Shown: one piece after another, positions 27,744 to 36,556 of the stretch
How positions within the stretch are numbered: the stretch's first letter is position 1
Layout: each line of letters opens with the position of its first letter
NCBI GenBank assembly: GCA_963747095.1
Contig: CAVVEL010000022.1
Span: 3,959 to 67,958, forward strand
Length of the DNA: 64,000 nucleotides
Source of the DNA: Terriglobia bacterium
GTDB taxonomy: Bacteria > Acidobacteriota > Terriglobia > JAJPHL01
Direction: 5' to 3'
Position numbers and translations under genes: made by a program
The notes under the pieces: model-generated
Seen by the model: the letters and a program-made list of their open reading frames with translations, nothing else
What the model was told of the DNA's origin: nothing
Databases searched by the model: none

Positions 27744-29477
27744 CTATACGTTCCCCTTGCGCCGCTCCTCCACCATATGGGTCATGTTGCGCATCGTCAT
27801 GCTGAGGATGGTCAGCGTCGGATTGGTCACGCCGGATGTGCAATGCAGCGAGCCGTCAGCAATGAACAGATTGCGCACGTCGTGAGTCTGTCCCCAACGA
27901 TTGGTGACGAAATTCCTGGGATCGTCGCCCATTCGGCACAATCCCTGTTCGTGGATTTGCGCGCCGGGGATGGAGGGCGAGGTTTCCCATCCGGTCACCA
28001 CTCCGCCGGCAGCTTCGATCCATTCCGCGCCGCGCTGCGCCACATCCTTGACATAGGCTTCCGCATTGGCGCCCCACTTCATGTGGATGCGAACCGCGGG
28101 AATGCCCCAGGCGTCTTTCACGTCGGGGTCGATGTTGACGTAATTGTTGGGATCTTCCAAGCCGCAACCGGCACCGGTAACCGAAACATGCGAGCCGATC
28201 CCGGTGTGCTGATCTTTCTTGAAGGCCTCGCCAAAAGGGGGCGCCATGGCGCGGCCGCTGCTTCCGCCGCCCATCCCGATGCTGCAGTTGCAGGTGAGGA
28301 GATAGCGGCGCAAGAAGTTCTTGTTGCGACTCTTTTCATCAACGTTCATGAAAGGATGAACCGTAACCTCGGAATCGTAGCTGTCTTCGTTGGCCATGGG
28401 ACGATTGAAGAATTCCGGCAGAGTTCCGGAGACGCCGGCCACGCAGTCCTCCACCAGGTGACGGCCGACCTGGCCGCTCGAGTTGGCCAGACCATTCGGA
28501 AACAGGTTCGATTTCGAATTCAGCAGAATCCGCGCCGTTTCGATGGCGCTGGCGGCCAGCACCACAGTTTTGCCGCGTACTTCATTTTCCTGAAAGGTGT
28601 AGCGATCGATATAGCGTACGCCGGAGGCACGGCCCTGGCTGTCCACCGTCACATCGCGCACGATAGCGTTGCTGATCATGGTCAGGTTGCCGGTGGCCCG
28701 TGCCGTCGGCAGCAGCGCGCCGACAGTGGTAAATTTTGAGCCGTTGTCGCAACCTTTTCCGCATCGTCCGCAGTAGTGGCAAGGCGCGCGGCCATTGAGC
28801 GGCTGGGTAATGATCGCGCGCGGACCGGCCACCGCGAGGTAGCCCATCTTCTTCGCCACGCCCTTCATCCAGGTGTTGCCGCACGTCAACCCCGGCGCGG
28901 GCTGATAGACGCCGTCCGGAGTGGCGGTGAGTTTGCCGCAGGCTTCTCCGCTGCAGCCGATTAGTTTTTCGACGCGCGTATACCACGGGTCCATTTCCTC
29001 ATAGGACATCGGCCAATCGATGCCGTAGCCGTCGTAGCTGTAGGGCTTGTACTCCACAGGACCCCAGCGAACCGCGCCGGCGTCCCAGCAATTCGTTTTG
29101 CCGCCGATGGCCCGCGCGCGCATCCAGCGATAGGGCATGCCCTCGGGATGGGTGTAACGCCAGTCGCGGATTTTCGCGAAGAAGTGATCGTTGTAATAGG
29201 TGCTGTGCCCGCTGCCGTCGAAGGTAGTCGTCTGCGTGCTTTCACCCCGACCCACGGTATAGTGCGTGGTTTTTAGCTTCACGTTGACGGGATCGTACTG
29301 GTAATCGTCGCGATAACGCAGTTCCCAGCGCCACTGGTGCTTGCGAATGTCGCGATCCATGTTGTGGCCTCCCGCCTCCACCACCGCGACCTTCACGCCC
29401 GCCTGGCTCAGCACAAACGCCGACATGCCGCCGCCGGCCCCGGACCCAACAATCACGACATCGTATTCTTCGCTCAT
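27744..29477 (-). CDS. GMC-family FAD oxidoreductase, intact, no signal peptide
   Basis: MSEEYDVVIVGSGAGGGM Rossmann start. C-terminal IHEQGLCRMGDDPRNFVTNRWGQTHDVRNLFIADGSLHCTSG GMC active-site region. 577 aa. Confidence 0.85.
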   Translation of the reverse strand: MSEEYDVVIVGSGAGGGMSAFVLSQAGVKVAVVEAGGHNMDRDIRKHQWRWELRYRDDYQYDPVNVKLKTTHYTVGRGESTQTTTFDGSGHSTYYNDHFFAKIRDWRYTHPEGMPYRWMRARAIGGKTNCWDAGAVRWGPVEYKPYSYDGYGIDWPMSYEEMDPWYTRVEKLIGCSGEACGKLTATPDGVYQPAPGLTCGNTWMKGVAKKMGYLAVAGPRAIITQPLNGRAPCHYCGRCGKGCDNGSKFTTVGALLPTARATGNLTMISNAIVRDVTVDSQGRASGVRYIDRYTFQENEVRGKTVVLAASAIETARILLNSKSNLFPNGLANSSGQVGRHLVEDCVAGVSGTLPEFFNRPMANEDSYDSEVTVHPFMNVDEKSRNKNFLRRYLLTCNCSIGMGGGSSGRAMAPPFGEAFKKDQHTGIGSHVSVTGAGCGLEDPNNYVNIDPDVKDAWGIPAVRIHMKWGANAEAYVKDVAQRGAEWIEAAGGVVTGWETSPSIPGAQIHEQGLCRMGDDPRNFVTNRWGQTHDVRNLFIADGSLHCTSGVTNPTLTILSMTMRNMTHMVEERRKGNV

Positions 29478-29490
29478 ATTGTTTCCTCAA

Positions 29491-30699
29491 CTAGCCGATC
29501 TTCTTGATTCGAACATTTCGAAAGTCCACCGTGGATCCCGCGGACACCCGAAAGGCGAGCGGTCCGCGAAGACTGCCGGTGGAATGTCCGTCCCCCGACT
29601 TTACCAGGTTCAGCAAAGTCACCATATGGTTGCCGCTCACGTAAAGATGCGCCTGATTCCACCGCCCGGGATGATAGACGTTCTGCAAACACTGGTCGGT
29701 GAAAAACGCCCGCGACACACCGGGAACCGATCCGCTGGGGAACGTCTCGTCTTTGTCGGAGATGCGAAACTCGGAGCCGCCGCGAAACTCCACGCCCGCA
29801 GTCCCCCCGGCGCTGACTCGGAAGTCGAACGTCAGCATGAAATCGCCGTAGGTTCCTTTCACGGCGGCCGTGGACTCTTGGCCGGCGCCCGAGCCGTGCA
29901 GCACGCCGTCTTTCAACGTCCATCCATTCGCCAGCGCGGTGTCGGGAAGCACGTCGGTGAACTCGCCCGGCGCTTCCGTCAACTGCTCTTCCATCAAACG
30001 GTCGGGATGCGGGCCGGGCGCCAATTCCTGAATCTCGATCTTCCTGAAACGCACTTCCGGCTTGTCGTTGCCGCCGTGGAGATGAAATCCGATGCCTCCG
30101 TAATACGAGCGCCGGCTATGCGTTTCCGCCATCTTATGGCCGTCCATCAAGGTGGTAATGTGATCGCCCTCGCAGCGGATCTCGAAGGAGGTCCATTCGT
30201 GCTCGGGAATCTCGTGAATCGGCGCATCGGCGACATACCAAATGGTGCCGTTGCCGTTTTCCACGCGATCGCCCTGCGCCAGTTTGATCTCGAAGCCATT
30301 CACGGCGGGCCGGCCGACCTTGGCGTGCCCAGCGTCGCGGATCAACACGCCGCTGTTATACAAATGAGCGCCGGGCTGAAGTTGGAAGCGCAGGATGAAG
30401 TCGCCGTAATTCTGGCGCGTCACCAGCCATCCGCCGCCGTGGTCTTCGGCCGGGCGGCGCATCACCAGCGCGCCATCTTCGGCGCTCCAAGAGCCGGGGC
30501 CGACCACTTCCCAGCCGTCCAGGTTGTGACCGTTGAATAAAGGACGCCAGGCGGCCGCCGCAGCGCCGGGGTGGGGCGCAGGAGACGCGGCGGCCTTTTG
30601 TGGAACCTGGGATATGATCGCGGCGGCCACCGCCAGACAGATCACCACGCAAAGCGGTGCAGAGACCGACCGGATCAGCGACGGGTATTCAACCTTCAT
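29491..30699 (-). CDS. secreted double-DUF1080 (3-keto-disaccharide hydrolase domain) protein
   Basis: Signal peptide MKVEYPSLIRSVSAPLCVVICLAVAAAIIS. Two repeats of the DUF1080 pattern (LFNGHNLDGWEVVG...GFHLHGG...VRFRKIEIQEL; GWTLKDGVLHG...FRNVRIKKI). Confidence 0.7.
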   Translation of the reverse strand: MKVEYPSLIRSVSAPLCVVICLAVAAAIISQVPQKAAASPAPHPGAAAAAWRPLFNGHNLDGWEVVGPGSWSAEDGALVMRRPAEDHGGGWLVTRQNYGDFILRFQLQPGAHLYNSGVLIRDAGHAKVGRPAVNGFEIKLAQGDRVENGNGTIWYVADAPIHEIPEHEWTSFEIRCEGDHITTLMDGHKMAETHSRRSYYGGIGFHLHGGNDKPEVRFRKIEIQELAPGPHPDRLMEEQLTEAPGEFTDVLPDTALANGWTLKDGVLHGSGAGQESTAAVKGTYGDFMLTFDFRVSAGGTAGVEFRGGSEFRISDKDETFPSGSVPGVSRAFFTDQCLQNVYHPGRWNQAHLYVSGNHMVTLLNLVKSGDGHSTGSLRGPLAFRVSAGSTVDFRNVRIKKIG

Positions 30700-30743
30700 T
30701 TCCCCCACGATATCCGCCCGGAGGTGGTCTGTCAATGACAAAT

Positions 30744-30760
30744 TGATATCTGATATATCA
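30744..30760. promoter_or_regulatory. AT-rich recurrent motif, site 5 (perfect TGATATCTGATATATCA) between the divergent DUF1080 genes; TGTCAA at 30730-30735 is exactly 8 nt to its left
   Basis: Seen directly. On the minus strand this gives motif-N8-TTGACA-N17-TATCGT-N7-ATG(30699), i.e. a near-leaderless promoter with the motif at about -44 to -60. Confidence 0.5.
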
Positions 30761-30791
30761 CACGGCAGCGTTTTTGTGTTATACCGTTACT

Positions 30792-32042
30792 ATGCTCAAG
30801 CCATCAACTAGTCTTCTTGTCCTGACGATTCTTTTCTCTTGCACCGCCGTGGCGCAACATCCCGCGGCAGCCTCTTCCAAAGGTTGGACCAAGCTCCTGC
30901 AGGGCAACTCGCTGGACGGCTGGGAAGTGGTTCCCATCGGCGCGGGCGGCGGCAAGTGGACCGTTGAGGATGGCGAGCTCAAAGTCACTCGCCTGCTCCC
31001 CGATCGCGGCGCGGCCTGGCTGGTGAGCCGCAAGGATTATGAGGATTTCATCCTACGCGTGAAGTTCCGGCCGAACTCCACCGATTATGTTACCGGCCTC
31101 TTGATCCGCGATCCCGGACACGCCAAGATCGGGCGCCCGGCTTTCAACGCCTACGAGGTGGTGATGCAACGCAATCCCTCGGATATCAATGTGGACGGCG
31201 CGATCTACCACGTGGCCAACGCCTATGACTCCGCAGTCCAGCCGGACCACTGGGTGGAGATGGAAGTACGCTGCGTCGGCGACCACATGGTGGTGCTGTT
31301 GGACCACAAGAAAATGTCGGAGGCTCATACGCGGCGATCCTACAAAGGCGCGATCGGCTTCCACCTGCATGGCGGCGACACCAACGTAAACTACGAGTTC
31401 AAGGACATTGAGATTCAGGAACTGCCTCCCGCACCGCATCCTTATCAACTGATGGAGGAACGCCTGTTGACGGACCTGCACGAGGTCGCGCCATTGTTTC
31501 AATCGCTGGAAGACCTTACTGGGAACGTCGGAAACGCATGGTCCTTAAATAAGGATGTGCTGCACGGCGCGGGAAGCCAGGAGGATTCCGTCCTGCTCAC
31601 CAAGCAGTCGTTCGGGAACTTCCTGCTGGACTTCCAGTTCAAGATCTCTGTGGGAGGCAATGCCGGTGTATTGTTCCGAGTTCCAGCCGACGGTCAGGCG
31701 GAGAAGAGCTATGAGTTCCACATTGAAGATCCGTACAAGGACAACCCCATCGGATCTTTGTTCAATTTGGCGCGCGCTTTCCCCGTGGACGGTAACAACC
31801 AGCCCATCACCAAGTCGGGAACGTGGATTCGCGGGCGGGTCTTTGCCACCGGCGATCATCTGGTGACATACATCAATTCCGAAAAGGGCGTGGACATTCA
31901 CGCCGATCGCAGTTTCCAGGGCCGCATCGGATTCCGCGTGGCGAAAGGCGCGACCATCGACTTCCGCAACGTGACCATCAAACGCGTGGACGAGAAGCCA
32001 GCCGCCAAGAAGGCGCCGGTTTCAAGCAAGAAGCCCACGTAA
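30792..32042 (+). CDS. secreted double-DUF1080 (3-keto-disaccharide hydrolase domain) protein, paralog
   Basis: Signal MLKPSTSLLVLTILFSCTAVAQ. WTKLLQGNSLDGWEVV...GFHLHGG...YEFKDIEIQEL, then a second DUF1080 repeat. Confidence 0.7.
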   Translation: MLKPSTSLLVLTILFSCTAVAQHPAAASSKGWTKLLQGNSLDGWEVVPIGAGGGKWTVEDGELKVTRLLPDRGAAWLVSRKDYEDFILRVKFRPNSTDYVTGLLIRDPGHAKIGRPAFNAYEVVMQRNPSDINVDGAIYHVANAYDSAVQPDHWVEMEVRCVGDHMVVLLDHKKMSEAHTRRSYKGAIGFHLHGGDTNVNYEFKDIEIQELPPAPHPYQLMEERLLTDLHEVAPLFQSLEDLTGNVGNAWSLNKDVLHGAGSQEDSVLLTKQSFGNFLLDFQFKISVGGNAGVLFRVPADGQAEKSYEFHIEDPYKDNPIGSLFNLARAFPVDGNNQPITKSGTWIRGRVFATGDHLVTYINSEKGVDIHADRSFQGRIGFRVAKGATIDFRNVTIKRVDEKPAAKKAPVSSKKPT

Positions 32043-33383
32043 CAACTGTACCGCGGCCTCGCGTACTCCGCGCTCCATGTCCGGCGTGGTGCGCAGGATG
32101 CCGTAGACCTTCCAGGCATCGTCAACTTCATATTTCCCTTTGGGAAATTCGTCGGCGTGCGGCAAGTAGCCGGTGGAGGTGTCGTTCGAATAGGCGGCCA
32201 CCATCAGCTTGCGCTGGTTGGGAAAATCCTTGCGGATCAGTTCCGCGGTCAGATGCAGAATCTCGCCCGGCAAGACGGCCAAGGCCACGTCGCCGATGCG
32301 CGCCGCTTGCACGAACGTGTCGCGGGATTGATGGATATCGCCGCCGTCTTCCAGATGGCGGAGCATTTTCTCCGCCCATTGCTCCCGTTCGAACGATCCG
32401 CTGGTGAGTTGCACGTACTTGGCGCGCATCTCGTCCAGCGTGTAAGGCGCCACGTAGGTAAGCATGACACGCCTGGCGCTGAAGTCGAGCGACGTTCCAC
32501 CGACGGGCTTGGCCGCCGCCAGCGCGCGGCGCGCTTCGTCGGCTAGCTTGCGTCCGTATTCCTCCATTTCCTTGACTCCGCCGAAGACCTTGGGAATCGT
32601 GTCGCCGGCGCAGCCTTGCATATAAGCCACCGGGCACTGCTCGGAGCGTCCCAATTCCCGGTACAGCACGCCGGGAAAATCCGCGGTGATCTGGACATTG
32701 TCGTCGCGCATGGTCACCGGATGCGTCGGGTAGTTCACGATGATGCCGCGATTCCGGCCTTCGGGCGACTTTACTTGAAGCACGTTGAGAATGCCGTCGA
32801 TGGGTCCGGACTCTTTGTTCCAGGTGTTGTCGCGATTGCCAACGCGGCGGTTCAGGCCAATGGAGGATTCCACTTGTCCGAACGACACCGCGGCCGGCGC
32901 GAGATTTCGTTGCGCCTCCTGCGCCAGCAGGAGCAGTTTGTCCGCGTAGAAGAGTTGGTAGCGTTCGTCGGCCGGCCAGATCGGCGTGCCCAGCAAGGCC
33001 GGCGCGGAATGATCGTGGGTGCATTGAATCATGATGCCGTCGTCGCTCATCTTGAGCGCGCCGGCGATTCTCGCGCCGATTTGCCGCCGCAGCGGAAATC
33101 CGATGCCGCCGACGTCGGTCATGATGATCAGGAAGCGCTGGCCCCAATCGAAGAGAAAAGCCTTGGCGAAAATTTCGTCATGCACGCCGGTGGAATAGCG
33201 CAGCCGCGCGCCATAGCCCCACAACTCCGTGGACCAGCCGGGAGTAATGGAGGTCTCCGCGATACCAACCTTCAAGGAAGCGTCGCTCTTCGGCGCTTGG
33301 CCCAAAAGGCGGGCGACGACGCCCGCTGCCAGTGCAGCGGCGCCGCCCAGGCATTCCCGCCGGGAAAACTTCTTGGATGGCAT
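32022..33383 (-). CDS. Tat-exported hydrolase of the neutral/alkaline ceramidase N-terminal-domain family
   Basis: Tat signal MPSKKFSRRECLGGAAALAAGVVARLLG. VGIAETSITPGWSTELWGYGARLRYSTGVHDEIFAKAF resembles the neutral ceramidase N-terminal motif. RBS AGAGGA 7 nt before ATG 33383. Family call is tentative. Confidence 0.45.
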   Translation of the reverse strand: MPSKKFSRRECLGGAAALAAGVVARLLGQAPKSDASLKVGIAETSITPGWSTELWGYGARLRYSTGVHDEIFAKAFLFDWGQRFLIIMTDVGGIGFPLRRQIGARIAGALKMSDDGIMIQCTHDHSAPALLGTPIWPADERYQLFYADKLLLLAQEAQRNLAPAAVSFGQVESSIGLNRRVGNRDNTWNKESGPIDGILNVLQVKSPEGRNRGIIVNYPTHPVTMRDDNVQITADFPGVLYRELGRSEQCPVAYMQGCAGDTIPKVFGGVKEMEEYGRKLADEARRALAAAKPVGGTSLDFSARRVMLTYVAPYTLDEMRAKYVQLTSGSFEREQWAEKMLRHLEDGGDIHQSRDTFVQAARIGDVALAVLPGEILHLTAELIRKDFPNQRKLMVAAYSNDTSTGYLPHADEFPKGKYEVDDAWKVYGILRTTPDMERGVREAAVQLLRGLLA

Positions 33384-33402
33384 ACCATTGTCCTCTTCCA
33401 TC

Positions 33403-33419
33403 TAATATCTGATATATTA
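33403..33419. promoter_or_regulatory. AT-rich recurrent motif, site 6 (TAATATCTGATATATTA) between the divergent ceramidase-like and Tat-Gfo/Idh/MocA genes
   Basis: Read rightward it contains TGATATATT (extended -10 like, TGnTATAAT). This is followed by GGAGG at 33428-33432 and ATG 33437. Confidence 0.5.
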
Positions 33420-33436
33420 CCAGTTCGGAGGTCCTT

Positions 33437-34630
33437 ATGTCCCCTCGAATTGTAGGCCGTCGCGATTTCCTTGCCGCCGGTTTGGCCGGCGCCGCCTTCA
33501 CAACCTTGGCATCGGCGCAAACGCCCGCGCGTAAGGTGCGCTATGGCATTGTGGGCGCGGGAAACCGCGGGCGCAACGTTCACATGCCGATTCTAAGGCG
33601 TCAGGTGCCGGAAGTGGAAATCGCAGCCATCTGCGACATCACCCCGGCCACTCTGCAAACCGCGCTCGATGCCAATCCCGGCGCCAAGGGCTATTCAGAT
33701 TATCGCAAGATGCTGGCCGAGGAGCCGAACCTCGATGCGGTCCTAGTGGTCGTACCGAATTTCCTGCACGCTGAAGTGGCTTTGGCGGCGCTGGAAGCCG
33801 GCAAGCACGTTCTGGTGGAAAAGCCGATGGCGTTGCGGCTGACCGATGCCGATCGCATGATCGCAGCCGCACGCCAGCGAAACCGCGTGCTGCAAGTCGG
33901 TTTGCAATCCCGCTACAGCGAGGTCTACGCCAAGATGGCGCAGATGATTCGCGACGGCGCCATCGGGGACGTCTCCTACATGTTCGCATCGCTGTTTCGC
34001 GGCGATTGGAATCCCAAGAGCTGGCAGTACACCGATCCGGCCACGGGAAAATCCACCAACTGGCGCTTCCTGACCAAATGCGCGGGCAGTTCCCTGCTGG
34101 AAGACGGCATTCATGAGCTGGATGTGATCCACTGGCTGGTGGCGTCCGATCCGACGACCATTCAGGCGCAAGGCGGCAACAGCGTCTATCGCGATCGCGA
34201 GACGATCGATAACGCCGGCCTGCTGGTGCGTTTCGCCAATGGCGCGCAGCTCACCTTCGGGTACACCGTGTTTACGCCCGGCTCGTCCGGCACGCGACTA
34301 GTGCGCGTGATGGGATCGAAAGCGGAGATGCGGCTGGAAGGAACACGGCACGATTTCGAAATCGTGATCGCGCCCTATGGCGGCAAGGATCAGCGGATTC
34401 CCATCAAGGACCAGCGCGCCGACGAGAGCTTCTGGGCCGAGAGCGGAAGAGTAGACTTCGACGTGGAGACCTACCGCGAGCATCGCGCGTTTCTCCAGTC
34501 GATCACCACGGGTGCGCCGGTTCGTGCCGACGGCAAAGTGGGGCGCGACGCGATTCACATTTCTCTAGCGGCGGAGCGCTCCTTGCGCAACGGCCGCATC
34601 TACAAATGGAACGAGGAGGAAGGAATATGA
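33437..34630 (+). CDS. Tat-exported (periplasmic) Gfo/Idh/MocA-family oxidoreductase
   Basis: MSPRIVGRRDFLAAGLAGAAFTTLASAQ Tat signal, then Rossmann VRYGIVGAGNRGRNVHMP and EKPM. Confidence 0.8.
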   Translation: MSPRIVGRRDFLAAGLAGAAFTTLASAQTPARKVRYGIVGAGNRGRNVHMPILRRQVPEVEIAAICDITPATLQTALDANPGAKGYSDYRKMLAEEPNLDAVLVVVPNFLHAEVALAALEAGKHVLVEKPMALRLTDADRMIAAARQRNRVLQVGLQSRYSEVYAKMAQMIRDGAIGDVSYMFASLFRGDWNPKSWQYTDPATGKSTNWRFLTKCAGSSLLEDGIHELDVIHWLVASDPTTIQAQGGNSVYRDRETIDNAGLLVRFANGAQLTFGYTVFTPGSSGTRLVRVMGSKAEMRLEGTRHDFEIVIAPYGGKDQRIPIKDQRADESFWAESGRVDFDVETYREHRAFLQSITTGAPVRADGKVGRDAIHISLAAERSLRNGRIYKWNEEEGI

Positions 34631-35118
34631 GGAAAGTTCTGGCAGCGGGTGGTTGGGTGTTGGCAGCTTTTGTGATTGGCTACTACGCTCCGCATTCCGG
34701 CAAGGTTCTGGCGGCGGCTCAGGAACAGATCCGTTCCATTACGCTTCCGGGCGAGGCTGCGCCAATCGCGCGCTATTCGCACGCCGTGCTGGTTCCGGCC
34801 GGACAGGACTTGATCTTCGTCTCGGGCGCGGGCGGCGATAACTCCAAAGGCGAAATTGTCTCGCCGAGCGTGGTGGAACAAACGCGGCAAACCATGGAAA
34901 ACCTAAAAAAGGTCCTGGCGGCCGCGGGATCGGATTTTTCGCATGTCGTAAAGATGAACATTTTCCTGACCGACATGGACCACATGCCCGAGTTGCGCAA
35001 AGTTCGCGACGCCTATCTCGATCCGCAGCACGCCCCGGCGATGACCACCGCCAAGGTGGTCGACTTGGTGGGCGGGATCAAAGTGGAGATCGAAGTGGTG
35101 GCGGTGCGCAAGAAGTAG
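34627..35118 (+). CDS. RidA/YjgF-family protein with N-terminal signal/anchor sequence
   Basis: MRKVLAAGGWVLAAFVIGYY hydrophobic N-terminus, then a RidA fold (IARYSHAVLVPAGQDLIFVSG...HVVKMNIFLTDMDHMPELRKVRDAYL). ATGA overlap with the upstream gene. Confidence 0.7.
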   Translation: MRKVLAAGGWVLAAFVIGYYAPHSGKVLAAAQEQIRSITLPGEAAPIARYSHAVLVPAGQDLIFVSGAGGDNSKGEIVSPSVVEQTRQTMENLKKVLAAAGSDFSHVVKMNIFLTDMDHMPELRKVRDAYLDPQHAPAMTTAKVVDLVGGIKVEIEVVAVRKK

Positions 35119-36378
35119 CTAACGAGCCGCTTGGAACGCCGACTCCGGCACGGGCTCGATCTTGCGGACGACCAGGAAAAGGGATGCTAGCGACAGCATC
35201 GGCAAAATGCCGGCGGCGATCAGGATCGGGAAATAGGAGAAACGGTCCACCACCATCCCGGTGACGATCATGCTGATCATGCCGGCGCCGCTATCGCCCG
35301 CTCCGGCAATTCCGTTGACGCGTCCCACGATCTTCGGCGCGAACATATCGCCGACCGTGCCGATGTACGTGGCGGCCGTCCAGTTGTTGCCGAATACCAC
35401 GATGCAAATCACTGCCACGGCAAACGCATTGCTCCGCACAAAAGGGACCACCATGCTCAGCGCCGATAGCCCCAAGCCCGCGGTGAAACAGAGCTTGCGG
35501 GCGCGGTCCAACGACATGCCGTTGCGAATCAAGCGGTCGGAAACGAAACCTCCGCCGAGATTCCCGAACGTGCCGAACAGATACGGAATCCACGCCATCA
35601 GGCCGATCAGCACGAAAGACATTCCGCGCGAACTCTTGAGATACTCGGGCAGCCAGTACCAATAAAAGCTGTAGAGAGGCCCGGCGAACAGGCGCTGCAG
35701 GAAGAGCCCAAAGACCTTGCGATTGCGAAGAAGCGTCCCGACCTTCGTCACCGGCTCCACCGCCGCGCCGGACGCGTCAACTTCAGCGGCGTCGTTGCGG
35801 GGATAGATTTTCAGCCACGGAATAATCCACAGCAATCCCAGGATACTGGGAAGCAGGAACGCGGCCGGCCAACCCCAACGCAAGGTAATGAAGACAATGA
35901 TCGGCGGCGCCAGCACCGACCCGAACTGCGCGCCGGCGTTGAAAATGCCGCCGGAAAGCGCCCGACGATCGGCGGGGAAGAATCGCGCGATGGCCTTGAT
36001 CCCGCCGGTGTAATTACCGCATTCGCTGAAGCCCATCAGGAACCGCAACGACAAGAAGGCGATGATCGTACGGGCAAAGGCATGGAGTCCATTGAAAATG
36101 GACCAAGCCGCGAGAATCAGGGCCATGCCGAATCGCGTGCCTTTGGAATCCATCAGCATGCCGGCGGGGATCTGGCCGAGGACCATTCCTAACTGGAAGG
36201 CGAACACAATGTAGGCGTAACCGGTGTTGGTCAGGTGCAACTGCTCGCGTAACACCGGAGCGACCACCGAAAGCACCTGGCGGTCCATCAAATTGAGGGT
36301 GATGGAGAGAGAGAGCAGCCCCAGGATACTCCAGCGCAGTTTCTCAGAGAGCTCGGAGTCTCCCGCCAGCGTGTTCAT
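35119..36378 (-). CDS. MFS transporter (sugar-acid / ExuT-GudP-like)
   Basis: 419 aa, 12-TM profile, MDRQVLSVVAPVL and LRFLMGFSECGNYTGGIKAIARFFP motifs. Confidence 0.8.
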   Translation of the reverse strand: MNTLAGDSELSEKLRWSILGLLSLSITLNLMDRQVLSVVAPVLREQLHLTNTGYAYIVFAFQLGMVLGQIPAGMLMDSKGTRFGMALILAAWSIFNGLHAFARTIIAFLSLRFLMGFSECGNYTGGIKAIARFFPADRRALSGGIFNAGAQFGSVLAPPIIVFITLRWGWPAAFLLPSILGLLWIIPWLKIYPRNDAAEVDASGAAVEPVTKVGTLLRNRKVFGLFLQRLFAGPLYSFYWYWLPEYLKSSRGMSFVLIGLMAWIPYLFGTFGNLGGGFVSDRLIRNGMSLDRARKLCFTAGLGLSALSMVVPFVRSNAFAVAVICIVVFGNNWTAATYIGTVGDMFAPKIVGRVNGIAGAGDSGAGMISMIVTGMVVDRFSYFPILIAAGILPMLSLASLFLVVRKIEPVPESAFQAAR

Positions 36379-36466
36379 TTGGATTCGTCACCGATCTGAC
36401 TTCATTTCCCGCCGCTTCCGGCATGGCCAGTGTACTGGTCTGGCGACGCGGCTGTCAATGGGCATT

Positions 36467-36483
36467 TGATATCTGATATATTA
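36467..36483. promoter_or_regulatory. AT-rich recurrent motif, site 7 (TGATATCTGATATATTA) with TGTCAA 8 nt to its left (36453-36458)
   Basis: Seen directly. Same TGTCAA-N8-motif module as sites 5 and 9. Confidence 0.5.
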
Positions 36484-36514
36484 CCGAAAAAGAGCGAAGG
36501 CCGTTGACAAGAGC

Positions 36515-36531
36515 TGATATATCAGATATCA
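36515..36531. promoter_or_regulatory. AT-rich recurrent motif, site 8 (TGATATATCAGATATCA; the reverse complement of site 5's perfect 17-mer TGATATCTGATATATCA, i.e. opposite orientation to site 7) with TTGACA at 36504-36509 just upstream
   Basis: Two oppositely oriented copies 31 bp apart within the MFS/PSD1 divergent intergenic region. TTGACA-N17-TATCAA sits 26 nt before the ATG at 36557 and its GGAAGGGGG RBS. Confidence 0.5.
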
Positions 36532-36556
36532 ATTGGAAGTGCGATTCTTGCCGGAA

